Shown: piece by piece, positions 50,738 to 61,613 of the stretch | How the letters are laid out: the number at the start of each line of letters is the position of its first letter | How positions within the stretch are numbered: position 1 is the stretch's first letter | Source: Acidobacteriota bacterium | GTDB lineage: Bacteria; Acidobacteriota; UBA6911; RPQK01; JAJDTT01 | DNA length: 64,000 nucleotides | Direction: 5' to 3' | Assembly (NCBI GenBank): GCA_965263035.1 | Contig: OZ253580.1 | Span: 32,001-96,000, forward strand | Program-made: the position numbers and the translations under genes | Notes under the pieces: generated by a model | Databases searched by the model: none | What the model was told of the DNA's origin: nothing | What the model saw: the letters and a program-made list of their open reading frames with translations, nothing else

Positions 50738-51625
50738 TCAGGCTTCGGGCATCAGTTCATGGAACCGGTTCCAGACGCGGTCTCCCTGCTCCCGAGTCAA
50801 CGGAATGCCGGGTGGGCGCGGGACGCCGCAGTCGATTCCGAGACGCCTGCCCATTAGTTCCTTGAGGACGGCGACGTAGGGACCATATTCCCCATCGAAG
50901 AGGCCGAAGATCTCAGTCGCCTTGTCCTGGGCCTTCCGGGCCCGCGTCCAATCCCCTTCCTGATAGGCGTCCCAGACTCGGAGGAAGGGTTCGGGAGCCA
51001 CGCCGGGCGGTCCGTCCACACACCCCACGGCGCCCTCGACCAGGGCCGGCAGCATCAGGCAGCTGAAACCCTTCAAGCAGGCCAGTCCCATTTGGGCGAA
51101 GATCCAGACGTTCCTGAAGTTGACCGCCGAATGCTTGAGACCGGTCAACTGAGGCACCTCATTCTGGAGCTTCTTCATCAGCTCGGGGGTGAACTCCAGG
51201 CCCGTGGCGTCGGGCAGGTTGTAGACGAACAGGGGCAGCCCGGCGGCCTTGCCGATGGCCTGGTAGTAGCCGATCGCCTCGTCCTCGCCCGCACCGTAGA
51301 AGGAACCGGGCAAGGCGCAGACGGCGTCGACGCCGGCCCGGGCGGCCCGCTCCGCCATCCCGGCGGCAGCCGACGTGGTCGGCGCGCCCACGTGCATGAT
51401 GATCCGGGCCCGGCCCCGGCACTGATCCACGGCGACCTCGGCGACCCGCCGATTCTCCTCCGGCTGGAGCAGCACGCTCTCGCCGCTGCCGCCGGCCACC
51501 CAGAACCCGTGGACTCCGGCCTGGACGTTGAATTCCAAGACCTGCCGAAAGGCCTCCTCGTTGAGCCGATCCTCTCGGTCCATGGGAGTGATGACGGCCG
51601 GATAAAGCCCTCTGAAACTGGTCAT
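50738..51625 (-). CDS. DapA/NanA-family class I aldolase
   Basis: GLYPAVITP, GGSGE, VYNLP, GLKHS (Schiff-base Lys). Confidence 0.88.
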   Translation of the reverse strand: MTSFRGLYPAVITPMDREDRLNEEAFRQVLEFNVQAGVHGFWVAGGSGESVLLQPEENRRVAEVAVDQCRGRARIIMHVGAPTTSAAAGMAERAARAGVDAVCALPGSFYGAGEDEAIGYYQAIGKAAGLPLFVYNLPDATGLEFTPELMKKLQNEVPQLTGLKHSAVNFRNVWIFAQMGLACLKGFSCLMLPALVEGAVGCVDGPPGVAPEPFLRVWDAYQEGDWTRARKAQDKATEIFGLFDGEYGPYVAVLKELMGRRLGIDCGVPRPPGIPLTREQGDRVWNRFHELMPEA

Positions 51626-51692
51626 TGGGGTCCTTTCGTTGTTCGAAGAGTGTTCGGTGACGATCGGCGCGGCGGGCTGCACCGCTGGAGAT

Positions 51693-53123
51693 TCAGGCCA
51701 TGATGTCCATGATCACGTTGCCGTGGATATCGGTGAGGCGAAAATCCCTTCCCGCGTAGCGATAGGTGAGCTGGGTATGGTCCAGGCCCATGAGGTGCAG
51801 AATGGTGGCGTGCAGATCGTGGATGTGCACCTTGTTCTCCGTGGAGTAGTAGCCGTAGTCGTCGGTGGCGCCGTAGGAAAAGCCGGGCTTCACTCCGCCG
51901 CCGGCCATCCACATGGTGAATCCCTGGGGATTGTGGTCCCGTCCGTCGGACCCCTGTGCCACCGGGGTGCGTCCGAACTCGCCCCCCCAAAGGACCAGCG
52001 TGTCCTGCAACAGGCCCCTCCCCTTGAGGTCCCGGAGCAGACCGGCGATGGGCCTGTCCACTTCCCGGGCGTTCTGGGTGTGATCGCGGCGCAGCCGCCG
52101 GTGCTGATCCCACTTGTAGCTGTGACTCACCTGCACGAAGCGGACCCCCGCCTCGGCCAGACGCCTCGCCATCAGGCACTGGCGGCCGAAATCCTCGGTC
52201 ATCCGGTCGTCCAGGCCGTAGAGCTTCCGGGTGGCGTCGGACTCCAGGGAGAGGTCCTGCAAGCCGGGAGCCTGAGCCTGCATCCGGAAGGCCAGTTCGA
52301 AGGCTTGGATTCGCCCTTCCAGACTTCGGTCGGGTCCGGTCCGGGTCAGTTGCTGCTGGTTCATCTCCCGAATGAAGTCCAAGTGCTTACGCTGGATGTC
52401 TCGCGGGACCTGGTCGTTGGTGATGAACGGGATCCTGGCGTCCTTCGCCTGGATTCGGCTGGTGCCGATGGCGGTGCCGGCGTAGGGAGCGGGGAGGAAC
52501 GCCGAACCGTAGTTGTTGGCTCCACCGTGCCCCTGAGTGGGACAGACGGTGATAAATCCCGGCATGTCCTGATTCTCGCTTCCCAGACCATAGGTGAGCC
52601 AGGAACCGATGCTGGGCCGGACGAAGGTGTCACTGCCGGTGTGCAGTTCCAGCAGGGCCGCTCCGTGACGGGAGTTGGAGGCATGCATGGACTTGATGAA
52701 GCAGAGGTCATCCACGAATTCGGCCACGTGGGGGAAAAGCTCGCTGACCCATTGCCCGCTCTCGCCATACTGCTTGAATGCCCAGGGGGATTTGAGCAGG
52801 TTGAAGGTCTCGCTGGAGACCACCCGTGGACGCTCGTAGGGGAACGGCTTGCCGTGGTCCCGCTGGAGCAGCGGTTTGTAGTCGAAGGTATCGACCTGTG
52901 AGGGACCGCCGTGCATGAAGAGAAAGATGATCCGCTTGGCCCGGGACGGAAAATGGGGCGCTTTCTGGGCCAGAGGGTTGTCGAAATCCCCGGGAACCCG
53001 TGCCTTGGCCTCGTCTGCCAACAGGCCCGCCAGCGCCAGAGAACCGAACCCGCAGCTGCTGGCCTGAAGCATCTCCCGGCGTGAGATCCGGGTCCCCGAC
53101 AGGCTGTTCCAATGTGAGTCCAT
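51693..53123 (-). CDS. DUF1501 family protein
   Basis: SRREML, GGPSQVDTFDYKP, GGEFGRTP, GRDHNP. Confidence 0.9.
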   Translation of the reverse strand: MDSHWNSLSGTRISRREMLQASSCGFGSLALAGLLADEAKARVPGDFDNPLAQKAPHFPSRAKRIIFLFMHGGPSQVDTFDYKPLLQRDHGKPFPYERPRVVSSETFNLLKSPWAFKQYGESGQWVSELFPHVAEFVDDLCFIKSMHASNSRHGAALLELHTGSDTFVRPSIGSWLTYGLGSENQDMPGFITVCPTQGHGGANNYGSAFLPAPYAGTAIGTSRIQAKDARIPFITNDQVPRDIQRKHLDFIREMNQQQLTRTGPDRSLEGRIQAFELAFRMQAQAPGLQDLSLESDATRKLYGLDDRMTEDFGRQCLMARRLAEAGVRFVQVSHSYKWDQHRRLRRDHTQNAREVDRPIAGLLRDLKGRGLLQDTLVLWGGEFGRTPVAQGSDGRDHNPQGFTMWMAGGGVKPGFSYGATDDYGYYSTENKVHIHDLHATILHLMGLDHTQLTYRYAGRDFRLTDIHGNVIMDIMA

Positions 53124-53134
53124 GATTCGAACCT

Positions 53135-56100
53135 CTAATTCAGATACACGAATTCACTCGAGGCCATCAATGCCTGGCAGAATCCCTGCCAGGATCGGAG
53201 GCGGCGTTCGCCGGGCTCTTCCACCCGTTCCCCCCAGCTTGCATCGATGCGGGCCACGAACTCCAGGGCCTGCCGGGATTCCTTCTCGTCGGGCAATCGG
53301 CCCAGGGCGCGTTCGTAGGCCACGCGGATCCGCCCGGTTTCGTCCAGGTCTTCCCGGGCCAGGAGCTGCGACGCCATCCGGCGCGAGTTCTGCAGCACGA
53401 GAGTATCGTTCATGATGAACAGGGCCTGGGGAGCCACCACGCTGGCGCCACGATCCCCATCCGTCACCGACGGGTCGGCAAAATCGAACGCCCGCAGGAA
53501 ATCGTACATGGAACTGCGTACCACCGGAAGATAGACCGACCGTCGATTCCAGTCGTAACGGATCCCGGGACGGATGTAAGACCGGCCGTTTTGGCCCAAC
53601 AACGATCCTCCCGGCTCCAGGTCCAGGTTGGCGGAAACGGCCAGGATGGAGTCGCGAAGCGCCTCGGCTTCCAACCGGCGCCGGTTCATCCGCCAAAGCA
53701 AGCGATTCTCAGGATCCTTTCCGGATCCCTCCGGGGAATAGCGGCTGCTCATCCGATACGTGGCCGAAAGCATGATCAGACGGTGCATCCGCTTCAGGGA
53801 CCAGTTCCCCTCCACGAACCGGATCGCCAGCCAGTCGAGCAAATCGGAGTGAGTGGGTGTGTCGCCCAATCGGCCGAAGTTGTCGGTGGAGGCGACGAGG
53901 CCCCGTCCCATGTGCCAGCGCCAGATCCGGTTGACCATGACCCGAGAAGCCAGGGGGTTGTCCTCGCGGGTCATCCAATCCGCCAACTCCAGACGTCCGC
54001 TGAGTGCCGGATCCCGCAGCTGTTCCGCCGATTTGCGACCCAGACCCGGAAAGCCGCGGGGCACCTTCTCTCCCAGGTCCCAGTGGCTGCCGCGCAGATG
54101 GATGGCCAGATCGTCGATCTGCTTGCCCTCGGTGACTCCCATGGCGCTGGGAAGCTCGGGCAGGCCCTCCTCCAACTTCGTCCGCCCCTCTTCCAGGGCC
54201 TCCAGGTCCCGTCGAGCGGCCTCGGGAAAGTACTCGGTGGTCTCCTGGGGCGGCCGAAAGGGCCCCCACTTCTCGTAGAGGATCGCCCTCATGGCTTCCA
54301 GAGCCGGATCCTCCAGCTTGGTCTCTTCGGTCTCGTCGTCGGTCCGAACCGTGCTGAATTTCCTGCCGACGATTTCCCGTTCTCCCACCAACGCCTGCCA
54401 GGCCTCCTCGGCCCGCCGGAACTGCTCCTGGTAGTGGCCGGCCAGCTCCGTCAGGCCGGCCGCCTCAAGATCCTCGAAGAGTCTGGCCGCCGGCGACTGC
54501 CACCCCTCCCACGATTTCTCCTGGGCCAGAGCGTGCCAGGCGTACAGCACCGAATAGGGCGCCCCGTGGCTCCGGCGCAGGCGGTCGATCCACTGCTGCA
54601 GGAAGACCGGATTCAGATCGTCCCGATGGGCCACCTGGATCAGGGTTCTGGGGATGGGAGCTCCGTCCGGAAAGGGATTGGGGGCGAACAGCAGCTTCTC
54701 GAAATAGGGATAGCGGTTCTGGTGCTCCAGTCGGAGTGTGTTGTGTCCGGCGTTCAGGTCGAAGATCCCGGCCACCAGCCAACCGCCCGCATCGGGCGAG
54801 GCCGTCCGGTTTTCGATGGCCTCGATCCCGCGCTTGACCAGGGTGCCGTTGAGGTGGATATCGGCGGTTCCGGCACCCGTCTCGGCTTCCAGAAACTCCA
54901 ACTGGTAGGGGCCGGCGGCGGGGACCTGGACGTCATATTCGGCGAAATAGGCGTCGGGAGGCGCGTCGGAACTCCCGGCGTCGGGGACATTCGTCTTTCC
55001 CTTCTTCAGCTGCCGCTCGACGTTTCCCCGGTCCCAGCTCCCCGCCTCCCGTACGGTGAGGGATTCGGGTTCGGGATTCCGTCCTTCGAACACGCTCCTG
55101 AGCCGGATCTTTTCGTAACCGGCCAACTCCTGCGCGGCCAGCAGATAGGCCCCCACCCGGGTGCGGCCCTCCTGCGCCAGCTTCCGGTTCTCCCGCTTGG
55201 TGATGGCTTCGATGGCCTTGGTCTTGGCCTCGATCTTCTCCCGCTGCTGCTGCAACCGGAGGCGGTCGTCCGCCGGAGCCAGGACGTGCTCATGCCACTC
55301 GGCCACCACCGTGTGGTGTTCCATGGTCTTGGAGCTCCTGAAGATTCCAGCCAGGGAGTAGTAGTCCCGAATCGAGATGGGATCGAACTTGTGGTCGTGA
55401 CAACGGGCGCAGCCCATGGTCAGCCCCAGGAAAGCCCGAAAGCTGGTGTCCAGCTGTTCGTCGATGATGTCCATCCGCATCTTCACGGGGTCGTCTTCCG
55501 CCAGCATCTTGGGACCCAGGGAGAGGAATCCGGTGGCCGTCCAGTGCTCCAGCGTGGTCTCCAGATCACCCGAATCGGGCAGGAGATCTCCCGCCAGTTG
55601 CTCCCGCACGAACAGATCGTAGGGCTTGTCCCGGTTGAAGGCCTGGACCACGTAATCCCGATAGCGGAAGGCAGTCGTATACGCCATGTTCTCGTCCAGC
55701 CCGTTGGAATCGGCGTAGCGGGCCACGTCCAACCAGTGGCGGCCCCAGCGCTCTCCATAGCGGGGCGAGGCCAGGAGACGTTCGATCAGCCGGGAGTAGG
55801 CTCCCGGCGACCGGTCCTGGAGGAAGTCCCGGATCTCTTCGATGGTGGGGGGAAGACCGGTCAAATCGAAGGTGGCCCGCCGAATCAGGGTCCGCCGGTC
55901 GGCGGCCGGGGCCGGCTCCAGCCCCTCGGCTTCCAAGCGGGCCAGTATGAATCGGTCGATGGGAGAACGAACCCAGTCGGCTCGACGGACCGTCGGCCGG
56001 GTGGGTTCCACCGGAGGCTCGAACGCCCAGAAGCTTTCCGTCCCGGAGGTCGTTGGGTCCGGATCGGCAGCCACGCCCCAGGGGGCGCCCATCCGGACCC

Positions 56101-56452
56101 AATCGGTGAGCAGGGCGATTTCCTCATCCGGAAGCCGGCCCGCAAGGGGCATGCGCAGCTTCTCGTCCCGATGGGTGACGGCACGAATCAGCAGACTCGA
56201 CTCGGGGTCGCCGGCGACGACGGGGGACCCGCGGCTGCCTCCCTTCCGGAAGCTCTCTTCCTGGTCCAGGATCAGCCCGCCCATGACCGGCTGGCTGGAG
56301 CTGGAGTGACACGCATAGCAGTGCCGGGCCAGGAGCGGACGGATCTTTTTCTCGAAATACTCGCCGGCGTCCGCCGGACCGGCAATGAGCGGCTGGGAAA
56401 GCAGCACCGCAAGCAGCCACAGCGCAGGAAATCTCCGGTTTCCCAAATCCAT
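53135..56452 (-). CDS. planctomycete cytochrome c / DUF1549 / DUF1553 protein
   Basis: CYACH, GERWGRHWLD, CARCHDHKFD, RRLEAEALRD. Confidence 0.9.
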   Translation of the reverse strand: MDLGNRRFPALWLLAVLLSQPLIAGPADAGEYFEKKIRPLLARHCYACHSSSSQPVMGGLILDQEESFRKGGSRGSPVVAGDPESSLLIRAVTHRDEKLRMPLAGRLPDEEIALLTDWVRMGAPWGVAADPDPTTSGTESFWAFEPPVEPTRPTVRRADWVRSPIDRFILARLEAEGLEPAPAADRRTLIRRATFDLTGLPPTIEEIRDFLQDRSPGAYSRLIERLLASPRYGERWGRHWLDVARYADSNGLDENMAYTTAFRYRDYVVQAFNRDKPYDLFVREQLAGDLLPDSGDLETTLEHWTATGFLSLGPKMLAEDDPVKMRMDIIDEQLDTSFRAFLGLTMGCARCHDHKFDPISIRDYYSLAGIFRSSKTMEHHTVVAEWHEHVLAPADDRLRLQQQREKIEAKTKAIEAITKRENRKLAQEGRTRVGAYLLAAQELAGYEKIRLRSVFEGRNPEPESLTVREAGSWDRGNVERQLKKGKTNVPDAGSSDAPPDAYFAEYDVQVPAAGPYQLEFLEAETGAGTADIHLNGTLVKRGIEAIENRTASPDAGGWLVAGIFDLNAGHNTLRLEHQNRYPYFEKLLFAPNPFPDGAPIPRTLIQVAHRDDLNPVFLQQWIDRLRRSHGAPYSVLYAWHALAQEKSWEGWQSPAARLFEDLEAAGLTELAGHYQEQFRRAEEAWQALVGEREIVGRKFSTVRTDDETEETKLEDPALEAMRAILYEKWGPFRPPQETTEYFPEAARRDLEALEEGRTKLEEGLPELPSAMGVTEGKQIDDLAIHLRGSHWDLGEKVPRGFPGLGRKSAEQLRDPALSGRLELADWMTREDNPLASRVMVNRIWRWHMGRGLVASTDNFGRLGDTPTHSDLLDWLAIRFVEGNWSLKRMHRLIMLSATYRMSSRYSPEGSGKDPENRLLWRMNRRRLEAEALRDSILAVSANLDLEPGGSLLGQNGRSYIRPGIRYDWNRRSVYLPVVRSSMYDFLRAFDFADPSVTDGDRGASVVAPQALFIMNDTLVLQNSRRMASQLLAREDLDETGRIRVAYERALGRLPDEKESRQALEFVARIDASWGERVEEPGERRLRSWQGFCQALMASSEFVYLN

Positions 56453-56694
56453 CGAGTCCTCCCCGGACGTGAGGGTATACGCTACCTGATTTTAACATTG
56501 AGAGTCTGAGAAATTCAGCCGCCAAGCCAAGTCCGGACTTTCCCCACAGGAGGGGGGACATCCCTGTCCCCCATTGGCGACTTTCTTGTCGCCTGTTCTT
56601 CTAAGTTCCCATGCGATTCGGTGGCCGGAAAGTGTAGAGTGGGGACTCCGTCCCCCCTAGACCCCCCTAATCGGCGGCAAGAAAGCCGCCGCTC

Positions 56695-57324
56695 GTGCGC
56701 CCGACATGGGCTGTATCTAAGGGATGAAAGATCCCAAGGGAGGTGATGGGACCAACCCTAGCCGAACCGCAAGGCGTAGCCGCGAGGTGAAGCTGAAGGA
56801 AGCGGAAGGCAAACCCACGACCGCAGGAACACGAACCGGCAGTGAGGCCGGGTGCGGGCGGTGATCTGGCGAGCAACAGCGAAACCCGAACCCCATCCAG
56901 ACGTACCAGGTAGAGCCGGGCAGCCCGGGGGGAAAGATGCAGCACCTTACTCGGGGAGATCTCAAGGGTGAGAGCCTTTGAGAAGTCAGCAGAGGTCATA
57001 GTAGCGAAGAAGCCGGATAATGCCGGTGGAGCGAAGGACCGAAGGAGTCGGACTGGCCCTATGGTGGACTCGTCAGCGGGATCGCAACTACCTCCGGAAA
57101 CGGGGCGGGGGGAGGCCCCTCGGACCCGGCACGGAAGGCCCAAGGGTGGAACCCGTCAAGCCGGAAGGGCGGAGATCAAGTCCCAGCGGCGGCGAAAACC
57201 GGAAAGAAAGGCCCTTTACGAGGCTCGAAAGAGCCTCGAGTGACTCCAACCGCCGGATACTGAAAACGGTACGTCCGGTGGTGTGGGAGGGTGCAGGGGC
57301 GCAATCCCCTGCACTCGACCCGAT
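56695..57324 (+). ncRNA. group IIC intron ribozyme, ORF-less (630 nt), second copy
   Basis: Near-identical to 5528-6157; inserted after the CGGCGGCAAGAAAGCCGCCG hairpin. Confidence 0.9.
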
Positions 57325-57404
57325 CTTTAGAGACCTTTTATTATCAATGGCAAAAAATGGGGTCACAATTTGCTATTGATAGCAAAATTTGCATGAAGGA
57401 AGAG

Positions 57405-57925
57405 TGGGGGACAAGAATGTCCCCCACTTCTGAGAGGTCCTTTTCTGGAAAAGGAGGGGACCGTATTAGGAGGGGACTGTCCCCACTTTACGTGTCCCGT
57501 GTCCATCCATCCGACCGCCGCGCGAGCGGTCAGCGCCCAGGAATCCGGAGCCGGAAGGAGGGAGGCATGAGGGGACCAGGTCCGGCCGCGGGAGCCCCCG
57601 TGGCGGTCGCTCCGCTCCCTTCACGGGGGCTCCCGCGATGTGTGCAATTTTCAGTGGCCATTGACATGTCCTTTATTACGGACTGTCCCCAATTTAGAAG
57701 GAGCACCCACTTTAGGAGGAGTAAGAGCGTATGTAGGAGGGGACTGTCCCTACCTCTATGCGCCCGGGAGGGGACAGTCTGGATCGCGACGAAGCAGTCC
57801 CATTCCCGTGCTCCGGCCTAACCGGAGCGACGTAGGGGCACCCCTTGTGGGTGCCCGCTGTCGTCCCTTACTGAGCGGCCCGGGGACGGCGACCACACGT
57901 AAGGAGGGGACTGTCCCCACTTTAG
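57405..57925. repeat. cluster of GGGGAC..GTCCCC palindromes (REP-like)
   Basis: AGGGGACTGTCCC variants near 57470, 57680, 57735 and 57905; related copies near 56550 and 56641. Confidence 0.65.
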
Positions 57926-58209
57926 TAGAGAGTTGGGGGTTAAAAACGCTCGCTCCTAGGGACTATTTTTGCTATCAATAGCAAAAACTCGTTCATTTTT
58001 CGCCATTAATAGCAAATTCTGGCGAACACGCTGAGGTTGGACCGGCAGTGGTGGCTTCCCTGCCACCGAATTTTCAATGGAGCTTGGGGGAATGGGCGAC
58101 TGGAAAGTCGCCCCTACTGAGAGGGCCCTTCCTGGAAAAGCGTCTCCGAATCGGGTAAGAATGAAGCCGCTTCCCGGGGACGCGCGCCGTCTCCCCCTCC
58201 GGACTCTCT

Positions 58210-59967
58210 ATGCGATCACGAAAGAGCAGGAAGAAGCCCTCTCTCACCACCGTCCGCTACGCCTTCAAGAAGATCATCTGGCCGCGCCGCAAGCTGCTCC
58301 TGTTGGGATTGGCCCTGATCCTTCTGAACCGCATGGCGGGACTCGCCCTGCCCGCCGCCAGCAAATTCCTCGTCGACGACGTGATCGGAGAGGGGAATAT
58401 CGAGCTGCTCCGGACTCTGCTGGCCGGCGTGACGGTGGCCATCGCGATTCAGTCTTTCAGCTCCTTCTTTCTGACCAAGCTGCTGAGCGTAGAGGCGCAG
58501 CACCTGATTTCCATGCTCCGGGCGCAGGTCCAGCGCCACATCATCAATCTGCCCATCCGGTTCTTCGACAACACCAAGTCGGGCGAGTTGGTCTCCCGGA
58601 TCATGACCGACGTGGAGGGCGTCCGGAACCTGGTCGGCACGGGCCTCGTCCACCTCTGCGGCGGAGTCCTGACCGCCATCGGCTCCCTCTTTTTCCTCTT
58701 CAGAATCAGCGTTCTGATGACGCTCTACACCCTGGTTCCCCTCACCGTCCTCGGGCTGATCTCGCTCAAGGCCTTCGGCCACATCCGGCCCATCTTCCGC
58801 GAAAGGGGCAAGATCACCGCCGACGTCACCGGACGCCTCGCCGAATCCCTGGGCGGCATCCGGGTCATCAAGGGGTTCAGCGCCGAGCGGCAGGAGATCA
58901 GCGTCTTCGAAAAGGGGGTGGCGAGAATCTTCGACAACGTCCGGAAGTCCCTCACCGCCACCAGCCTGGTCACCAGCGCGTCGACCCTGCTTCTGGGCCT
59001 GGCCAGCGTGGGGATCATGGGTCTGGGGAGCTCCATGATCCTGGAAGGCGAGATGACGGTGGGAGACTTCGTCTCCTTCACCCTCTTCCTGGGATTCCTC
59101 ATCACTCCCATCGTGCAGATGGGCAACATCGGCAGCCAGATCACCGAGGCGTTCGCCGGCCTCGACCGGAGCGAAGAGATCCTGACGACGGCTCGGGAGG
59201 ACGACGACCCGGGCCGGACCGTGGTCCTGCCGGACGTGGAAGGCCACATCGTCTTCCAAGACGTGACCTTCTCCTACGAGCCGGGAAACCCGGTGTTGAC
59301 GGAGGTGAGCTTCGACGCTCCGGCCGGGAGCGTGACGGCCCTTGTGGGAAGCTCCGGATCCGGAAAGACCACCCTGGCCGGCCTGGCGGCCTCCTTCCTG
59401 AAGCCGGACCGGGGCCGGGTCCTGGTCGACGGCCGCGACCTGTCCACCGTGACCCTGGAATCGTACCGCTCGCGGCTGGGGGTCGTGCTGCAGGACGACT
59501 TCCTGTACGAGGGGACCATCCGCGAGAACATCCTCTTCGGCCGTCCCCAGGCCAGCGACGAGGAGCTTCTGGAAGCGGTGCGGGCTTCCCACGTCAAGGA
59601 GTTCACCGACCACTTCGACGCGGGACTCGAGACCCTCATCGGAGAGCGGGGCGTGAAGCTCTCGGGAGGCCAGCGCCAGCGGGTCTCCATCGCCCGCGCC
59701 CTGTTGGCCGATCCCAGGATCCTGATCCTGGACGAGGCCACCTCCAACCTGGACACGGAGAGCGAGCTCTACATCCAGCAGAGCCTGACCGGGCTGATGC
59801 AGGGACGCACCACCTTCGTCATCGCCCATCGACTCAGCACCATTCGCCAGGCTCATCAGATCCTGGTGGTGGAGGCGGGCGAGATCGTGGAACGGGGAGA
59901 TCACGAGGAACTGATCCGGCGACAGGGACGCTACTACCAGCTTTACACTTACCAGGCGCGAATCTGA
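58210..59967 (+). CDS. ABC exporter, fused permease/ATP-binding (MsbA-like)
   Basis: TM domain, GSSGSGKT, LSGGQRQR, ILILDEATS. Confidence 0.93.
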   Translation: MRSRKSRKKPSLTTVRYAFKKIIWPRRKLLLLGLALILLNRMAGLALPAASKFLVDDVIGEGNIELLRTLLAGVTVAIAIQSFSSFFLTKLLSVEAQHLISMLRAQVQRHIINLPIRFFDNTKSGELVSRIMTDVEGVRNLVGTGLVHLCGGVLTAIGSLFFLFRISVLMTLYTLVPLTVLGLISLKAFGHIRPIFRERGKITADVTGRLAESLGGIRVIKGFSAERQEISVFEKGVARIFDNVRKSLTATSLVTSASTLLLGLASVGIMGLGSSMILEGEMTVGDFVSFTLFLGFLITPIVQMGNIGSQITEAFAGLDRSEEILTTAREDDDPGRTVVLPDVEGHIVFQDVTFSYEPGNPVLTEVSFDAPAGSVTALVGSSGSGKTTLAGLAASFLKPDRGRVLVDGRDLSTVTLESYRSRLGVVLQDDFLYEGTIRENILFGRPQASDEELLEAVRASHVKEFTDHFDAGLETLIGERGVKLSGGQRQRVSIARALLADPRILILDEATSNLDTESELYIQQSLTGLMQGRTTFVIAHRLSTIRQAHQILVVEAGEIVERGDHEELIRRQGRYYQLYTYQARI

Positions 59968-59985
59968 TGGGTACTATGGGCGTTC

Positions 59986-60357
59986 ATGCCTGCAATCGTG
60001 GCACTTTCAGGCACCCTCATGGCCGTACTGGGAGTCCTGGGACTGGTGCGCCCCGCCGTCCTGATCGAGGTGACGGACCCTTTCCGAAAGGCTCACTCAA
60101 GCCTCTACCTGGCCGCCGGGATCCGGCTGCTGGTCGGCATCGCCTTGATCCAGGCCGCTCCCGAATCCCGCTTTCCCCAGGCACTCCGGATCTTGGGTTG
60201 GCTGCTGCTGGGGATCGCCGTCCTCATCCTTCTCTTGGGGTCGGGGCGTCTCAGTCGTCTCGCCGACTGGTGGATGGCGGCCTCGGAGCGGATCATCCGG
60301 GTCTGGTCGCTGGTGACCGCGCTCCTGGGAGTACTGCTCCTCTACTCGGTTTCGTGA
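59986..60357 (+). CDS. small membrane protein
   Basis: Four TM segments, within an apparent operon. Confidence 0.7.
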   Translation: MPAIVALSGTLMAVLGVLGLVRPAVLIEVTDPFRKAHSSLYLAAGIRLLVGIALIQAAPESRFPQALRILGWLLLGIAVLILLLGSGRLSRLADWWMAASERIIRVWSLVTALLGVLLLYSVS

Positions 60358-60365
60358 GCTGAGCG

Positions 60366-61613
60366 ATGCAGTTGGGCGATGCCAGAGCAGGCACTCCGCG
60401 AATCGGTCTGGTCTTCGGCGTCGCCTTGGCCAACTACCTGGCCCACGCGCTCATTCGCTACAGCACTCCCTTGTACTTCAGCGCCCTCGACTATCCGAAG
60501 GACGCTTACGAAACGTTCAGCTTCTATTGGCTGGTCGCCTTCATCGTAGGCTCGACCTTCTCGGGACTGCTGGCGTCCCGATTCGACGAGCGCAACGTCT
60601 GGTCCGGCGGGGTCGCCGGGTTCGCCGGGCTGGGTCTGCTGCTGATCTTCATTCCCGGCTACTGGGTGGTTCCTTTTGCGGGGCTGCTCTACGGGATCAC
60701 GGCCGCCGCACAATGGGTCGGGGCCATGGCCCTGGTCCAGACCGCGGCGCCGGGCAAACGAGGACGGGCCAACGCCCTGCTGATGATCGCACTCGGAGGC
60801 GGCAGCTTCATAGGAGCTCCACTGGGCGCGGCGCTTCTGAACTGGACCTCCAGCGGGGATCCAACACCCGGCGACTTCGTGCTCCTGTTATGGTTCCACA
60901 CCGCCCTCTGCCTTGCGGCAGCCCTGCTGATCCGGACCGTGGCGAGACACCGGGGGCCGGTTCGCCGCCAGCGGGTCAAGGAGAGCTGGAAGACCAACTT
61001 CTCGCTGTTGCGAATGCCCCGTTACCTGGCCATGGTGATCCCGTTGAGCCTGATGGGCGGTCCGGTCTTCCAGACCGTCAACATCTACCTGCCGTACCGG
61101 GCGGAGGCTCCGGAGATCGCACTGAAGGTGGGCGCCATGGACCAGGGGTGGTCCATGCTCCTCACCGCCGGCTACGGCATGCAGTTCCTGGGCGGTCTCT
61201 TCATCATGCTCATCGCCGGGAAGAGGGCCGGCGCCCTCATGGCAGCGGCGGTGCTGGGAGGTTACGCCGTCTGTAGTCTGGGCATCGGACTGTCAGACTA
61301 CGTCTACGGCGTGGTGATTTTCACCGCGTTGTTCGAATTCCTGAGGCAACTCATGCGCTGGTCCCAGACCGGCTACATCACCGAGCACATGCCCATCGGG
61401 TTGCGAGGTCCCGCCATCGGGTTCTCCACCACTCTGAGCGGCCTCAGTTCCACTCTGTTCGCCATCTTGATGAGGAATCTGCAGTCACCGGACAGCCCCG
61501 ACTTCTCCTCTTCCCTGCCCTTCCTTGTGGGCGGGTCCATTGGCCTGACCGGGGCCGTGCTGCTGTTGCTTGCTCACTACACCATATTGAAGCCAAAGGA
61601 GAACCATCGCTGA
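60366..61613 (+). CDS. MFS transporter
   Basis: About 12 TM helices; GLLASRFDER and KRGRAN motifs. Confidence 0.8.
   Translation: MQLGDARAGTPRIGLVFGVALANYLAHALIRYSTPLYFSALDYPKDAYETFSFYWLVAFIVGSTFSGLLASRFDERNVWSGGVAGFAGLGLLLIFIPGYWVVPFAGLLYGITAAAQWVGAMALVQTAAPGKRGRANALLMIALGGGSFIGAPLGAALLNWTSSGDPTPGDFVLLLWFHTALCLAAALLIRTVARHRGPVRRQRVKESWKTNFSLLRMPRYLAMVIPLSLMGGPVFQTVNIYLPYRAEAPEIALKVGAMDQGWSMLLTAGYGMQFLGGLFIMLIAGKRAGALMAAAVLGGYAVCSLGIGLSDYVYGVVIFTALFEFLRQLMRWSQTGYITEHMPIGLRGPAIGFSTTLSGLSSTLFAILMRNLQSPDSPDFSSSLPFLVGGSIGLTGAVLLLLAHYTILKPKENHR

Noticed and set aside
53591-56509. 972-aa + strand ORF and similar long overlapping ORFs (7149-8840, 34824-36527, 49155-50519, 58077-60362)
   Set aside because: Antisense or off-frame shadows of well-supported genes, expected in GC-rich DNA.
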